A program made the position numbers and the translations under genes. Positions 8,108 through 16,560 of a DNA stretch of 22,553 nucleotides are shown in pieces (position 1 is the first letter of the stretch; every line of letters begins with the position of its first letter). Below the pieces are notes generated by a model, which had not been told where the DNA came from, did no database searches, and saw only the letters and a list, made by a program, of their open reading frames with translations. Source of the stretch: Candidatus Ratteibacteria bacterium (GTDB lineage Bacteria; Ratteibacteria; UBA8468; B48-G9; DTJG01); NCBI GenBank assembly GCA_049971295.1, contig JBMFLH010000028.1, forward strand, positions 1 through 22,553, read 5' to 3'.

Positions 8108-8149
8108 TATACACCAAAAAACAAAAATTTAAATTTCAAGGGGACGCAG

Positions 8150-8932
8150 ATGATAATAATTGATGTTTGTATTGACACGGTTTTCCCTGAATTAAAAGAC
8201 CAGGAAAAAATTGAAAAAGTGAAAGAAATCGGTTATCAATGTGTGGAATTCTGGTTTCACGACAATAAAAATGTTGAAGCCATTGCGCAAGCACTGCAAA
8301 ATTTTCAGGTCAAACTCAATAATCTGGTCGTAAATTCTCCTGATGGTTCAAGAGGTGGGTCTCTGGTGAAACGACAGGATAGGGAAATCTATCTTGAAAG
8401 ATTAAAATATGTATTATCCATTGCAAAAACATTGAACTGCCAAATGGGAATTACCTGTACAGGTAATTCTGTGCCTGAATTATCAAAAAATCAGATGATT
8501 GATAATATCATTGAGACATTGGGTTCAGCGGGTGATATTCTTGAAAAAGAATCATTTACTCTTGTACTGGAACCGCTTAATACGCTTGTTAATCACAAAG
8601 GATATTTTCTTGACTCTGCAAAGGATGCAGCAGAAATTATAAGAAAAATTAACAATCCCCGCGTAAAACTTCTTTATGACATTTATCACATGCAGATTAT
8701 GGGAGGAAATCTCTGCAGTTTTATTGAGAAAAACATTGATATCATTGGACATTTTCACTCTGCGGGAGTCCCGGGAAGACACGAACTCTTTGATGGAGAA
8801 ATTAATTATCCATTCATTATCAAATTACTTGAAAAACTTGGATACAAAGGATGTTTTGGTCTGGAATACATGCCTAAAATGAAAGACCATACCCTCTCGC
8901 TTAAGAAAACCCTTGAATACCTTATGGGTTGA
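8150..8932 (+). CDS. Hydroxypyruvate isomerase (Hyi/OtnI) family TIM-barrel protein
   Basis: GYQCVEFW, LVLEPLNTLVNHKGYFL, LLYDIYHMQIMGGN, GHFHSAGVPGRHE, GEINY, GLEY. ATG 8150 follows SD AAGGGG; the longer ORF from 8072 would start upstream of the promoter. Confidence 0.9.
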   Translation: MIIIDVCIDTVFPELKDQEKIEKVKEIGYQCVEFWFHDNKNVEAIAQALQNFQVKLNNLVVNSPDGSRGGSLVKRQDREIYLERLKYVLSIAKTLNCQMGITCTGNSVPELSKNQMIDNIIETLGSAGDILEKESFTLVLEPLNTLVNHKGYFLDSAKDAAEIIRKINNPRVKLLYDIYHMQIMGGNLCSFIEKNIDIIGHFHSAGVPGRHELFDGEINYPFIIKLLEKLGYKGCFGLEYMPKMKDHTLSLKKTLEYLMG

Positions 8933-8933
8933 T

Positions 8934-9621
8934 ATGAGAAGCACATCATAGCTCATTGCATACTGGAAACAGCAGATGGAGCTCGGATATAGATTTATGC
9001 AGGATATTCTTTCCTATCCTGTGCATGAAAACAATGAAAAACTTGTTTCATGACCAGAGATAGTAAAAAACTCCGGTGTGAGGATAAAACTTTCATCTGT
9101 CCAAAGAACAAAAGTATCAAAGCCCATATTCGGATTGCGAGAAGTACTTGTTGATAATTTTTTATATGCGGCAGAAGGAATGAATAGGCGCTGCTGGATA
9201 ATGAAGGTTGAAGATGTTTTCAGAACAAGGGATATGCAGAATCCACTGAACAGGACAGGGAAAACATTTGATGCAATTATGAAAATTATTCTATGGGAAT
9301 GTGAAGGGAAAATTCCTGAGCCAGAGTTCATTTTCAGGCGATTAACAGAGCTGATAGCAACAATATCAAAAATTGGTACGCATATGTCTGGTAGCGCCAT
9401 TGATATTTCTGTAATTTCTATGAAAAATGGGATTGAAATTGATAGGGGGGCAGATTATCTTGAAATGAACGAAAAGACATTTATGGAATCCATCTTTGCT
9501 TCAAAAAAGGCAAGAGAAAAAAGACAGTTCAGTCAGGTCAATTGAAAATGCCACTGAAATTCTCGTGAAGCCAGAGCAATTATTGGTACGCATGAAACCA
9601 TCTCTGAAAAGGTTACATTAA
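8934..9621 (+). pseudogene. D-Ala-D-Ala dipeptidase (VanX/DdpX, peptidase M15D)-like pseudogene
   Basis: Frame from ATG 8934 is interrupted by TAG 8949 and TGA 9051. It retains PVHENNEKLVS, VEDVFRT..MQ, THMSGSAIDIS and DRGADY. The E-x-W-H zinc/catalytic segment is absent; a probable C-terminal tail in another frame ends at TAA 9621. Confidence 0.75.
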
Positions 9622-9624
9622 AAC

Positions 9625-10812
9625 TTATTCCAATCTTAGTTTCACCATTCTTATCCCTGAAACAGGGTATGCATTCCAGTGCTCAACAAAGTTCTGGACA
9701 TCATAAAACACGAGCATTTCATTCTTGCCTATCACCACCAGTCCCAGATAATCACCAGAATCCCAGTATCTGATACACCTGTTGGTGTCTCCCCTGATCC
9801 TTAAATCTTCAGGAACTCCCATAATCCTTTGTGTTTCAAGTTCCCATGCTTGAAGGTCAAAATGTCCCTGCCACTGAGTGCCTGTTCCAGAAGGGTCAAA
9901 AATAATGTGTTTGCCAGGTCTTCCATATACAAGTACAAGAGTTCCATCATCAAGCATTCTGCAAACCGGCCAGACCATACGCGGTGGAATATCAGAGTCA
10001 ATAAGTTTCAATTGAACTGGCTTTGCCCAAGTAAGCCCTTTATCGTGAGAATAGGTATGATATAGGTAATTCCCTGTGCGAATGACCGTATAAAGTCGCT
10101 TATCTTTCAGTTGCAGGGCGGTTGCCTCACAATATCCTTCTGGAAGATCTGGGTCATAACCGACAATAGATTTTTCTGTCCATGTTTTCCCTCTATCCTT
10201 TGATTCAAAGCATCCAAGAGCATATTTCCAGCAATCAAAATTCTTCTTTGGATACCGGTATCCAAGTCCAATCAGACTTTCATCTTCAAGTTCAATGATA
10301 CTGGTAAAATAAGCGCCCCCGAGAAAGACATCAGATGCGTACGCTTCCTTTTTACCTGTTACAAAATTAAAAAGGTCCCACCAGGGATAGGTGGGATATG
10401 CGCTGTGCTTTTGATAAGTTTCCAGATTAACTGGCTTGAAAGATGGAGCATAAATTTTTACAAAATCCTTTTTGACGATATCATTGGGTTTTCCTGGATT
10501 GCTCCAGGCACCATAGGTAAGATAGGCATCTTTTTCTTCTGCATACTGTACTGCATAGGTATCCATTTCAAATAATGTGTTGTCCTGAAAACTGTGTGCA
10601 ATGGAAACTCGTGGAACATTTGCAACAGGATTTTCCCATGTTTTGCCATTATCAGTCGACCTTAATCTGAAAAAAGGAGAAAAATGCGCGTCATATCCGC
10701 ATTCAATATACATCAGCAAGCTACCATCAGTATGCTTGAAAACATATGGAAACCATCGTGTATCATACCTGACACTGTGAATGGTAACAGGCCTTTCTGC
10801 AACAAATTTCAT
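9625..10812 (-). CDS. BNR/Asp-box beta-propeller, sialidase-like (no signal peptide)
   Basis: Asp boxes STDNGKTW, SKDRGKTW, SHDKGLTW; CEAT..QL.D.RLY.VIR; LDDGTLVLVYGRPG; SD AGGAGG. Confidence 0.8.
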   Translation of the reverse strand: MKFVAERPVTIHSVRYDTRWFPYVFKHTDGSLLMYIECGYDAHFSPFFRLRSTDNGKTWENPVANVPRVSIAHSFQDNTLFEMDTYAVQYAEEKDAYLTYGAWSNPGKPNDIVKKDFVKIYAPSFKPVNLETYQKHSAYPTYPWWDLFNFVTGKKEAYASDVFLGGAYFTSIIELEDESLIGLGYRYPKKNFDCWKYALGCFESKDRGKTWTEKSIVGYDPDLPEGYCEATALQLKDKRLYTVIRTGNYLYHTYSHDKGLTWAKPVQLKLIDSDIPPRMVWPVCRMLDDGTLVLVYGRPGKHIIFDPSGTGTQWQGHFDLQAWELETQRIMGVPEDLRIRGDTNRCIRYWDSGDYLGLVVIGKNEMLVFYDVQNFVEHWNAYPVSGIRMVKLRLE

Positions 10813-10890
10813 ATTCCCTCCTATTTTAGCTATTGTATCAAAAATTTTTTAATAGTTCTATTTTTTCCCATTCTTACTCTTCCCTATTCA

Positions 10891-10962
10891 CCCTCACCCA
10901 CTCCATCTCCCATGTTTTCCCCTTTTTCCCTTTCCCCTTGCGAGAGAGGAATAAGGCGAGGG
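10891..10962. repeat. Degenerate REP-like palindromic element (CCCTCACC...GGCGAGGG)
   Basis: CCCTCACCCACTCCATCTCCC followed by CCCTTTCCCCTTGCGAGAGAGGAATAAGGCGAGGG; imperfect terminal inverted repeat and an inner imperfect hairpin in an AT-rich intergenic region. Confidence 0.5.
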
Positions 10963-11088
10963 ATGCTTTTTAAAAACCCCAAACCCAATTCTTCATGAAA
11001 TCTTTCATCGGTTATTTCGTTGTGGCAACATAAAAAATTTGACGCAGATGTCATTCTGATTAAAAATAATTCATCACAGGAACAAATA

Positions 11089-11465
11089 ATGGTAAAAAAA
11101 TTTCACTGGATTTCAGAAGTTGGCTACTGGCTGGATGCTGATGAAAGCAAAAATCAAGCAGTTGACAGGACAATTCTCAATGGCAACAAACATTTATTGT
11201 GAAGATCCTGCCTGCTCAAAAAATAATAGAATTGCCGTGTTTCGCACAAAAACACTTGATCGAATAATTCCTGGAGAATTGTATATTGTGGACCTGAATG
11301 AAGGGAAATCCTGCCTGGTAGATACTGATATGACCTGGATTGCCTGTTTTCCGCAAGCATATGGAGATTTTTTTCTTCTATTGTAAGAGCCACGAAAATG
11401 CATGGAAAATTAGAAAAACTGCATTTTTCGACCCTTGAGATTGAACCAGTTCATAGATTTTTTCT
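11089..11465 (+). pseudogene. N-terminal remnant of an oligogalacturonate-lyase/TolB-like beta-propeller gene
   Basis: Stitching frames gives MVKKFHWISEVGYWLDADES / AKIKQLTGQFSMATNIYCEDPACSKNNRIAVFR...ELYIVDL...YGDF / FYCKSHENAW / KLEKLHFSTLEIEPVHRF, which needs about 3 frameshifts. The remnant is cut off at the cstA promoter. Confidence 0.55.
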
Positions 11466-11496
11466 GCCATGCTTCCAGATGGGTTTCTTGAAAAAC

Positions 11497-11526
11497 TTGA
11501 CAGTTAATGTGCAATTGTTGTAAATT
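11497..11526 (+). promoter_or_regulatory. Putative sigma70 promoter of cstA
   Basis: TTGACA (11497-11502), 18-bp spacer, TAAATT (11521-11526); SD GGGAG at 11544-11548. Confidence 0.6.
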
Positions 11527-11553
11527 TTTTTGAGTTTTTAACCGGGAGAAACA

Positions 11554-13188
11554 ATGAATACCCTTTTTTTAATGTTTCTTGTTATCGCAAGTTTTGGTGC
11601 TGCCTTCAGGTTTTATGGAAAGTACCTTGAAAAACTCTGGAACATCAGTTCAAAAAACAAAACGCCAGCCCACACTAAATACGATGGATTTGACTATATA
11701 CCTGCAAAACACTGGATTATTCTTTTTGGACATCACTTTTCTTCAATCGCAGGCGCAGGACCTATACTTGGGCCAGTAATTGCAGGTGTTGTGTGGGGAT
11801 GGGGACCCGCGCTTCTATGGATTGTTTTTGGCTCCATTTTTTTTGGAGGTGTACATGATTTTTCGTCCCTCGTTTTGAGTTTGAAACACGATGGTCAGAG
11901 TGTGGGCCAGATTACAAGAGACATACTTGGAGAAAGGGTGAAACTGGTGTTTTCTTTTTTCCTGTGGCTTACCCTGATTCTTGTCATTGCCGTGTTTGCG
12001 GCTGTGACAGCAAAAACATTTGTTGAAGAACCAAGAATAGTGCTTCCTTCTTTTGCCTTCATTTTTATTGCTGTTGCTTTTGGTTTTTTTGTTTATAAGA
12101 AAAATACCAATCTCATTTTTACCACATTGTTTTCACTTATTCTTATGGCTTTTTTTCTTTTCGCGGGAAAACACATACCAATAATACTTACTGGTCAGTG
12201 CTCTGTAAAGATATGGATCACGATACTGCTTCTTTATAGTTTTATTGCAAGTGTCTTGCCTGTCAATATGTTACTTCAGCCAAGGGACTATTTAAGTTCT
12301 TTTATCCTGTTTTTCGGGTTATTTTTCGGGTTTCTTGGAATCATTGTTTCTCATCCTTCAACAAACGCACCATTTTTTATCTCTTTCAACTCTTCAAAAG
12401 GACCACTGTTGCCAATGATGTTTGTTACAATTGCCTGCGGCGCAATCAGTGGTTTTCACGGACTTATTTCCAGTGGAACAACATCAAAACAACTGCCTGA
12501 CGAAAAGTACAGTCGTCACATTGCCTATGGAAGCATGCTTACAGAAGGAGTGTTGGCGGCTATCGCGCTTTTGTGCGTTTGCGCAGGGCTTTACTGGACA
12601 GGTCCCTTTCAGGAATTAAATTATCCATTTCTGATGCAAAAGGGAGACTGGATTGGAACATTTGCCACTGGATACGGAAGAATCGTTTCAAAAATGTTTT
12701 CTGCTGATATCGGAAAACTTATCGCCATGATTATGGTTAATAGTTTCGTCCTGACAACCCTTGATACAGCAACAAGAATTACCAGATACATTACCTCTGA
12801 AATTTTTGGCGAGTCGTTCAAAATAGAAATCATGAATAACAGGTATTTTGCAACATTCATGGTGCTGCTATTTGCATCCTATCTTGCCTTTGGAGCATGG
12901 GAAAAAATCTGGCCTGTTTTTGGCGCTTCAAACCAGCTTGTTGCTGGACTCATTCTTTTTGTGTGCAGCTGTTTTTTGATGATGAAAAGAAAAAATTCTC
13001 TTTCAACTCTTGTTCCCGCAATCATCATGCTCATTATTACAATTACGGCACTGGTCTATCAAGCACACACTTTTTACAAAAGTCAACACCTGCTTCTTGG
13101 AAATATCAGCGTGATTCTGGTTTTGCTATCTGTCTTTATTGTCGTTGAAGGTGTAAAAACAATCAAAAAAATTAGAAAAAGCGCCTGA
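11554..13188 (+). CDS. cstA: Carbon starvation protein A family transporter
   Basis: TPAH..YDGFDYIP, FGHHFSSIAGAGPILGP, GGVHDF, LLQPRDYL, FVTIACGAISGFHGLISSGTTSKQL, LTTLDTATR, IWPVFGASNQL. Confidence 0.96.
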   Translation: MNTLFLMFLVIASFGAAFRFYGKYLEKLWNISSKNKTPAHTKYDGFDYIPAKHWIILFGHHFSSIAGAGPILGPVIAGVVWGWGPALLWIVFGSIFFGGVHDFSSLVLSLKHDGQSVGQITRDILGERVKLVFSFFLWLTLILVIAVFAAVTAKTFVEEPRIVLPSFAFIFIAVAFGFFVYKKNTNLIFTTLFSLILMAFFLFAGKHIPIILTGQCSVKIWITILLLYSFIASVLPVNMLLQPRDYLSSFILFFGLFFGFLGIIVSHPSTNAPFFISFNSSKGPLLPMMFVTIACGAISGFHGLISSGTTSKQLPDEKYSRHIAYGSMLTEGVLAAIALLCVCAGLYWTGPFQELNYPFLMQKGDWIGTFATGYGRIVSKMFSADIGKLIAMIMVNSFVLTTLDTATRITRYITSEIFGESFKIEIMNNRYFATFMVLLFASYLAFGAWEKIWPVFGASNQLVAGLILFVCSCFLMMKRKNSLSTLVPAIIMLIITITALVYQAHTFYKSQHLLLGNISVILVLLSVFIVVEGVKTIKKIRKSA

Positions 13189-14709
13189 TTACTCCCATTC
13201 TATCGTGGCAGGCGGCTTTGAGGTAATATCGTAAACAACCCTGTTGACTGCTTTGACTTCATTCACGATACGGCTTGACATTGATTCAAGAACCCTGTGT
13301 GGTATTTTTGCCCAGTCAGCAGTCATTCCATCAGTGCTTGTTACTGCTCGCAAAGCAACAACATATTGATAAGTTCTCTGGTCTCCCATAATTCCCACGC
13401 TTTTCACCGGCAGAAGCACTGCAAATGCCTGCCAGATTTTTTTGTAAAGATTTGCCCTTTTTATCTCGTCAATGTAAATGGCGTCGACCTCTTTCAAAAT
13501 CTCAAGCTTTTCTCTATCAACTTCACCGATAATTCTGACAGCCAGCCCTGGTCCAGGGAAAGGATGTCTTTCAACAAGTTGTTTTGGCAAACCGACCTTT
13601 CTCGCAATTTTTCTCACCTCATCTTTAAAAAGATACTTAAACGGCTCAACAAGTTTCAAATTCATCTTTTCAGGCAGTCCCCCGACATTATGATGGGTCT
13701 TGATTCTTACACTTGGTCCTCCAAAGGCAGATGTGCTTTCAATAAGATCAGGATACAATGTTCCCTGCGCAAGAAATTCTGCTCCAAATTGTTTTGCTTC
13801 TTTCTCAAAAACCTCAACGAAGGTTTCGCCAATAATTTTCCTTTTTCTTTCAGGGTCAACAATTCCCTTAAGTTTTTCAAGAAAAATTTCAGATGCATCA
13901 ACATACTTCATGTTCACCATTGAACTTAATGCTTCTTTCACTTCAATTTCCTCATTTTTTCTCAAAAGTCCATGGTTGACAAATACAGCAAGAGATCTGT
14001 CTCCTGCCACCTGATGAAGAAGCACTGCAAGTGTTGAAGAGTCAACTCCACCGCTCAATGCGCAAACAACCTTGCTGTCTCCAATTTTTGATGTAATTTC
14101 TCTTTTTGCTGTCTCAACCATTGAAGCTGGAGTCCAGTCAGACCTGCATCCAGCAATTTTGTAAAGAAAATTTTTCAAAATGGTTTTTCCATGCTGGGTG
14201 TGAATAACTTCTGGGTGGAATTGAAGCCCGTATATTGAACCTTCTTTGTTTCTGAATGCGGCAATTTTGCAATTTGCTGTGCTGCCAATCAACTGAAATC
14301 CTTCTGGTAAATTTTCAACCTGGTCATAATGACTCATCCATACAATTGTTTTTTCTGGAACATTTTCAAAAATTACATCCTTTTTGGGATAAAAAATTGT
14401 TTTCCCGTATTCTCTCACAGCACCCCTTGTAACCTTCGCACCAGAAAACTTTGCAATCACCTGCATACCAAAACAAATACCAAGAATTTTATAGTTACCC
14501 TTGAAAATTTCAGGGTCAGGCAGAAAAGAAATCTCTGACTCTGTCAAATGCCCTGGTCCACCAGAAAGAATTAAAGCGTCAATGTTTTTTTCTTTCAGGG
14601 TAGAAGCCGGCACATGATATGGATATATTTCACAATAAACCCCTGCTTCCCTTATCCTTCGTGCGATCAACTGCGTATATTGAGAACCAAAATCAACAAT
14701 CACAACCAT
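13189..14709 (-). CDS. guaA: GMP synthase (glutamine-hydrolysing)
   Basis: DFGSQYTQLIARR, GICFGMQ, QFHPEV, ALSGGVDS, QGTLYPD, IKTHHNVGGLP, RHPFPGPGLAVR, KPPATIEWE. Confidence 0.99.
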   Translation of the reverse strand: MVVIVDFGSQYTQLIARRIREAGVYCEIYPYHVPASTLKEKNIDALILSGGPGHLTESEISFLPDPEIFKGNYKILGICFGMQVIAKFSGAKVTRGAVREYGKTIFYPKKDVIFENVPEKTIVWMSHYDQVENLPEGFQLIGSTANCKIAAFRNKEGSIYGLQFHPEVIHTQHGKTILKNFLYKIAGCRSDWTPASMVETAKREITSKIGDSKVVCALSGGVDSSTLAVLLHQVAGDRSLAVFVNHGLLRKNEEIEVKEALSSMVNMKYVDASEIFLEKLKGIVDPERKRKIIGETFVEVFEKEAKQFGAEFLAQGTLYPDLIESTSAFGGPSVRIKTHHNVGGLPEKMNLKLVEPFKYLFKDEVRKIARKVGLPKQLVERHPFPGPGLAVRIIGEVDREKLEILKEVDAIYIDEIKRANLYKKIWQAFAVLLPVKSVGIMGDQRTYQYVVALRAVTSTDGMTADWAKIPHRVLESMSSRIVNEVKAVNRVVYDITSKPPATIEWE

Positions 14710-16099
14710 GTGATTTCTCCCACTGGTATTTATTAAACATTGTATCAGGTTTCACAGGATACTTTCCAGTAAAACAACCGGTGCAAAAATCTTCGCCAGG
14801 AATAAGCATCGCATCAAGCATTCCTTTATAACTCAAATAATGAAGCCCATCAAGCCCAAGAAAATCCTTAATTTGCTTTATACTCTTTTTTGAAGCAATC
14901 AATTCTTTCGTGGAAGGAAAATCAATGCCAAAATAACAGGGAGATATAATGGGCGGGCAGGAAATCACAAGCATGATTCTTTTTGCACCAGCAGCTCTTA
15001 ATGAGTTTATCCTGTTTCTGCATGTGGTACCCCTGACAATTGAGTCCTCCACAACAATCACATTTTTTCCTTTCACAACCGCACTAACAGGATTTAACTT
15101 TATCCTGACGCCTGCCTCTCTGATTTTCTGGGCTGGCTGAATAAATGTCCTTCCGATATAATGATTCCTGATTAAGCCGAAATCAATCGGAATCTTTTTT
15201 TCCTGAGCAAATCCGAGCGCAGCAATAGAACCAGAGTCAGGCACAGGTATCACCAGGTCTCCATCAAAATTACATTCCCTAGCAAGGTGAATGCCAAGAT
15301 TTTTCCTTGTAAGATAAACGCTTTTTGTAAAGATATAACTGTCTGGTCTTGCAAAATAAATAAATTCAAATATGCAGTGCGCCTTTTTAATCTTTTCAGC
15401 CCATTGATAACTATCAATTCCCTTATCTGAAAAAAACACCATTTCACCTGGTTCAACATCTCTGATATATTGCGCGCCAATCAGATCGAATGCGCATGTT
15501 TCTGAAGCAACAACATAGCCACTATCAAGTTGACCAATGCAGAGTGGTCTAAAACCATTTACATCTCTTGCAGCAATGATTTCGTTTTCAGTAAAAATAA
15601 GAAGGGAAAAAGCGCCCTTTAGTTGCCTCAAAGTGTGTGCCAGTTTTTCTTTAATGGTTGAACCCTTGCTTCTCACAAGAAGATGCAAAATAATCTCACT
15701 GTCCATGCTTGTTTGAAAAATAGAGCCCTGTTTTTCAAGTTGTATTCTCAAACTCCTGCTGTTTGTTAAATTCCCATTGTGGGCAATTGCCAATGTTTTT
15801 CCTTTGTATTCAACAGAAAATGGTTGGATGTTTTTCTCATTGCTTGCGCCTGTTGTTGAGTACCTGACATGACCTATGCCGCAGTCGCCTTTAAGTGAAT
15901 TGATAACTTCAGGAGTAAAAATTTCAGAAACAAGGCCCTGCGCCCTGTGAGAAAAAACCGATGAACCATCTGTCAATATCATTCCAGCGCTTTCCTGGCC
16001 CCTGTGCTGGAGAGAAAATAGAGAAAGATAAAGAATGTCTGCTGCATCTTTATGCCTGAAGACACCAACAATGCCACAGTTTTCTCTGATAAATTTCAT
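14693..16099 (-). CDS. purF: Amidophosphoribosyltransferase (propeptide and Fe-S type)
   Basis: 7-aa propeptide before the catalytic CGIVG, LQHRGQESAG, GHVRYST, AHNGNL, CIFEFIYFARPDS, EDSIVRGTT, PCYFGID, CTGCF. Confidence 0.98.
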   Translation of the reverse strand: MKFIRENCGIVGVFRHKDAADILYLSLFSLQHRGQESAGMILTDGSSVFSHRAQGLVSEIFTPEVINSLKGDCGIGHVRYSTTGASNEKNIQPFSVEYKGKTLAIAHNGNLTNSRSLRIQLEKQGSIFQTSMDSEIILHLLVRSKGSTIKEKLAHTLRQLKGAFSLLIFTENEIIAARDVNGFRPLCIGQLDSGYVVASETCAFDLIGAQYIRDVEPGEMVFFSDKGIDSYQWAEKIKKAHCIFEFIYFARPDSYIFTKSVYLTRKNLGIHLARECNFDGDLVIPVPDSGSIAALGFAQEKKIPIDFGLIRNHYIGRTFIQPAQKIREAGVRIKLNPVSAVVKGKNVIVVEDSIVRGTTCRNRINSLRAAGAKRIMLVISCPPIISPCYFGIDFPSTKELIASKKSIKQIKDFLGLDGLHYLSYKGMLDAMLIPGEDFCTGCFTGKYPVKPDTMFNKYQWEKSHGCDC

Positions 16100-16135
16100 T
16101 GTTTTTTATCCTGTTTTGCTCTGGACGGACAAAAA

Positions 16136-16164
16136 ATGATAACATCTTTTCAGGTTTTTCACAA
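16136..16164 (-). promoter_or_regulatory. Putative internal promoter of purF-guaA
   Basis: Minus strand TTGTGA (16164-16159), 17-bp spacer, TATCAT (16141-16136) with a TG extension. Confidence 0.5.
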
Positions 16165-16186
16165 AATCCTGACGTATGTTTATCAC

Positions 16187-16555
16187 TTAAAAACGGATGG
16201 CAAAGGTTATTTGTTTTTCCTTTTTTCCCTGTTTTTCTGCTTTCTTTTGCTTCTTTTTCTCTTTAACCTGCTTAATGTTCAATGCCTTTAATTGACCATC
16301 AGTTGTTTTTTTATATCCAACCTGAATATTTTCACCAACATTAATCATCATGATTTTCACTGGAGAAGTAAAAAACTTTGTTTCTGTGCCTTCCTGGTCT
16401 TTTATCGTAAAACAATAAAGGGATGTGTCAACCTTTGTTACCTCACCGATGTTTTTTGCAAGTTTTTCCTCTGATGCAGAGAATTTTTCTTTTGAAAAAG
16501 AAATTGCGCACAGCCAGCAAATTGCGGGCACCATAAAGATAAGAATTTTTTTCAT
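16187..16555 (-). CDS. Small exported protein, probable OB-fold (DUF5666/DUF1344-like) with Lys-rich tail
   Basis: Signal-peptide-like N-terminus; GEVTKVD..FTIKDQEG..INVGENIQVGY..G.LKALNIK beta pattern; the upstream GGGGAG serves as SD. Confidence 0.6.
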   Translation of the reverse strand: MKKILIFMVPAICWLCAISFSKEKFSASEEKLAKNIGEVTKVDTSLYCFTIKDQEGTETKFFTSPVKIMMINVGENIQVGYKKTTDGQLKALNIKQVKEKKKQKKAEKQGKKEKQITFAIRF

Positions 16556-16560
16556 TTTAT

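Noticed and set aside
8949..9053. Stop-codon recoding (TAG/TGA read-through, Sec or Pyl) in the VanX-like gene
   Set aside because: TGA ends many intact genes here at the expected positions, two different stops are involved, and a catalytic segment is also missing, so decay is the simpler explanation.
10891..10904. Second att copy of the tRNA 3' end (CCCTCACCC; also CACCCTCC at 21847-21854)
   Set aside because: Only 8-9 nt match, in inverted orientation relative to the tRNA, with no integrase; better explained by the palindromic repeat and by an SD-like GGAGGGTG.
13297..13923. 208-aa plus-strand ORF
   Set aside because: Entirely antisense to guaA, with no recognisable domain.
16100..16186. 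Purine, ZTP or PRPP riboswitch upstream of purF
   Set aside because: The region is short and AT-rich and lacks the conserved cores of those aptamers; the predicted leader is only about 30 nt.
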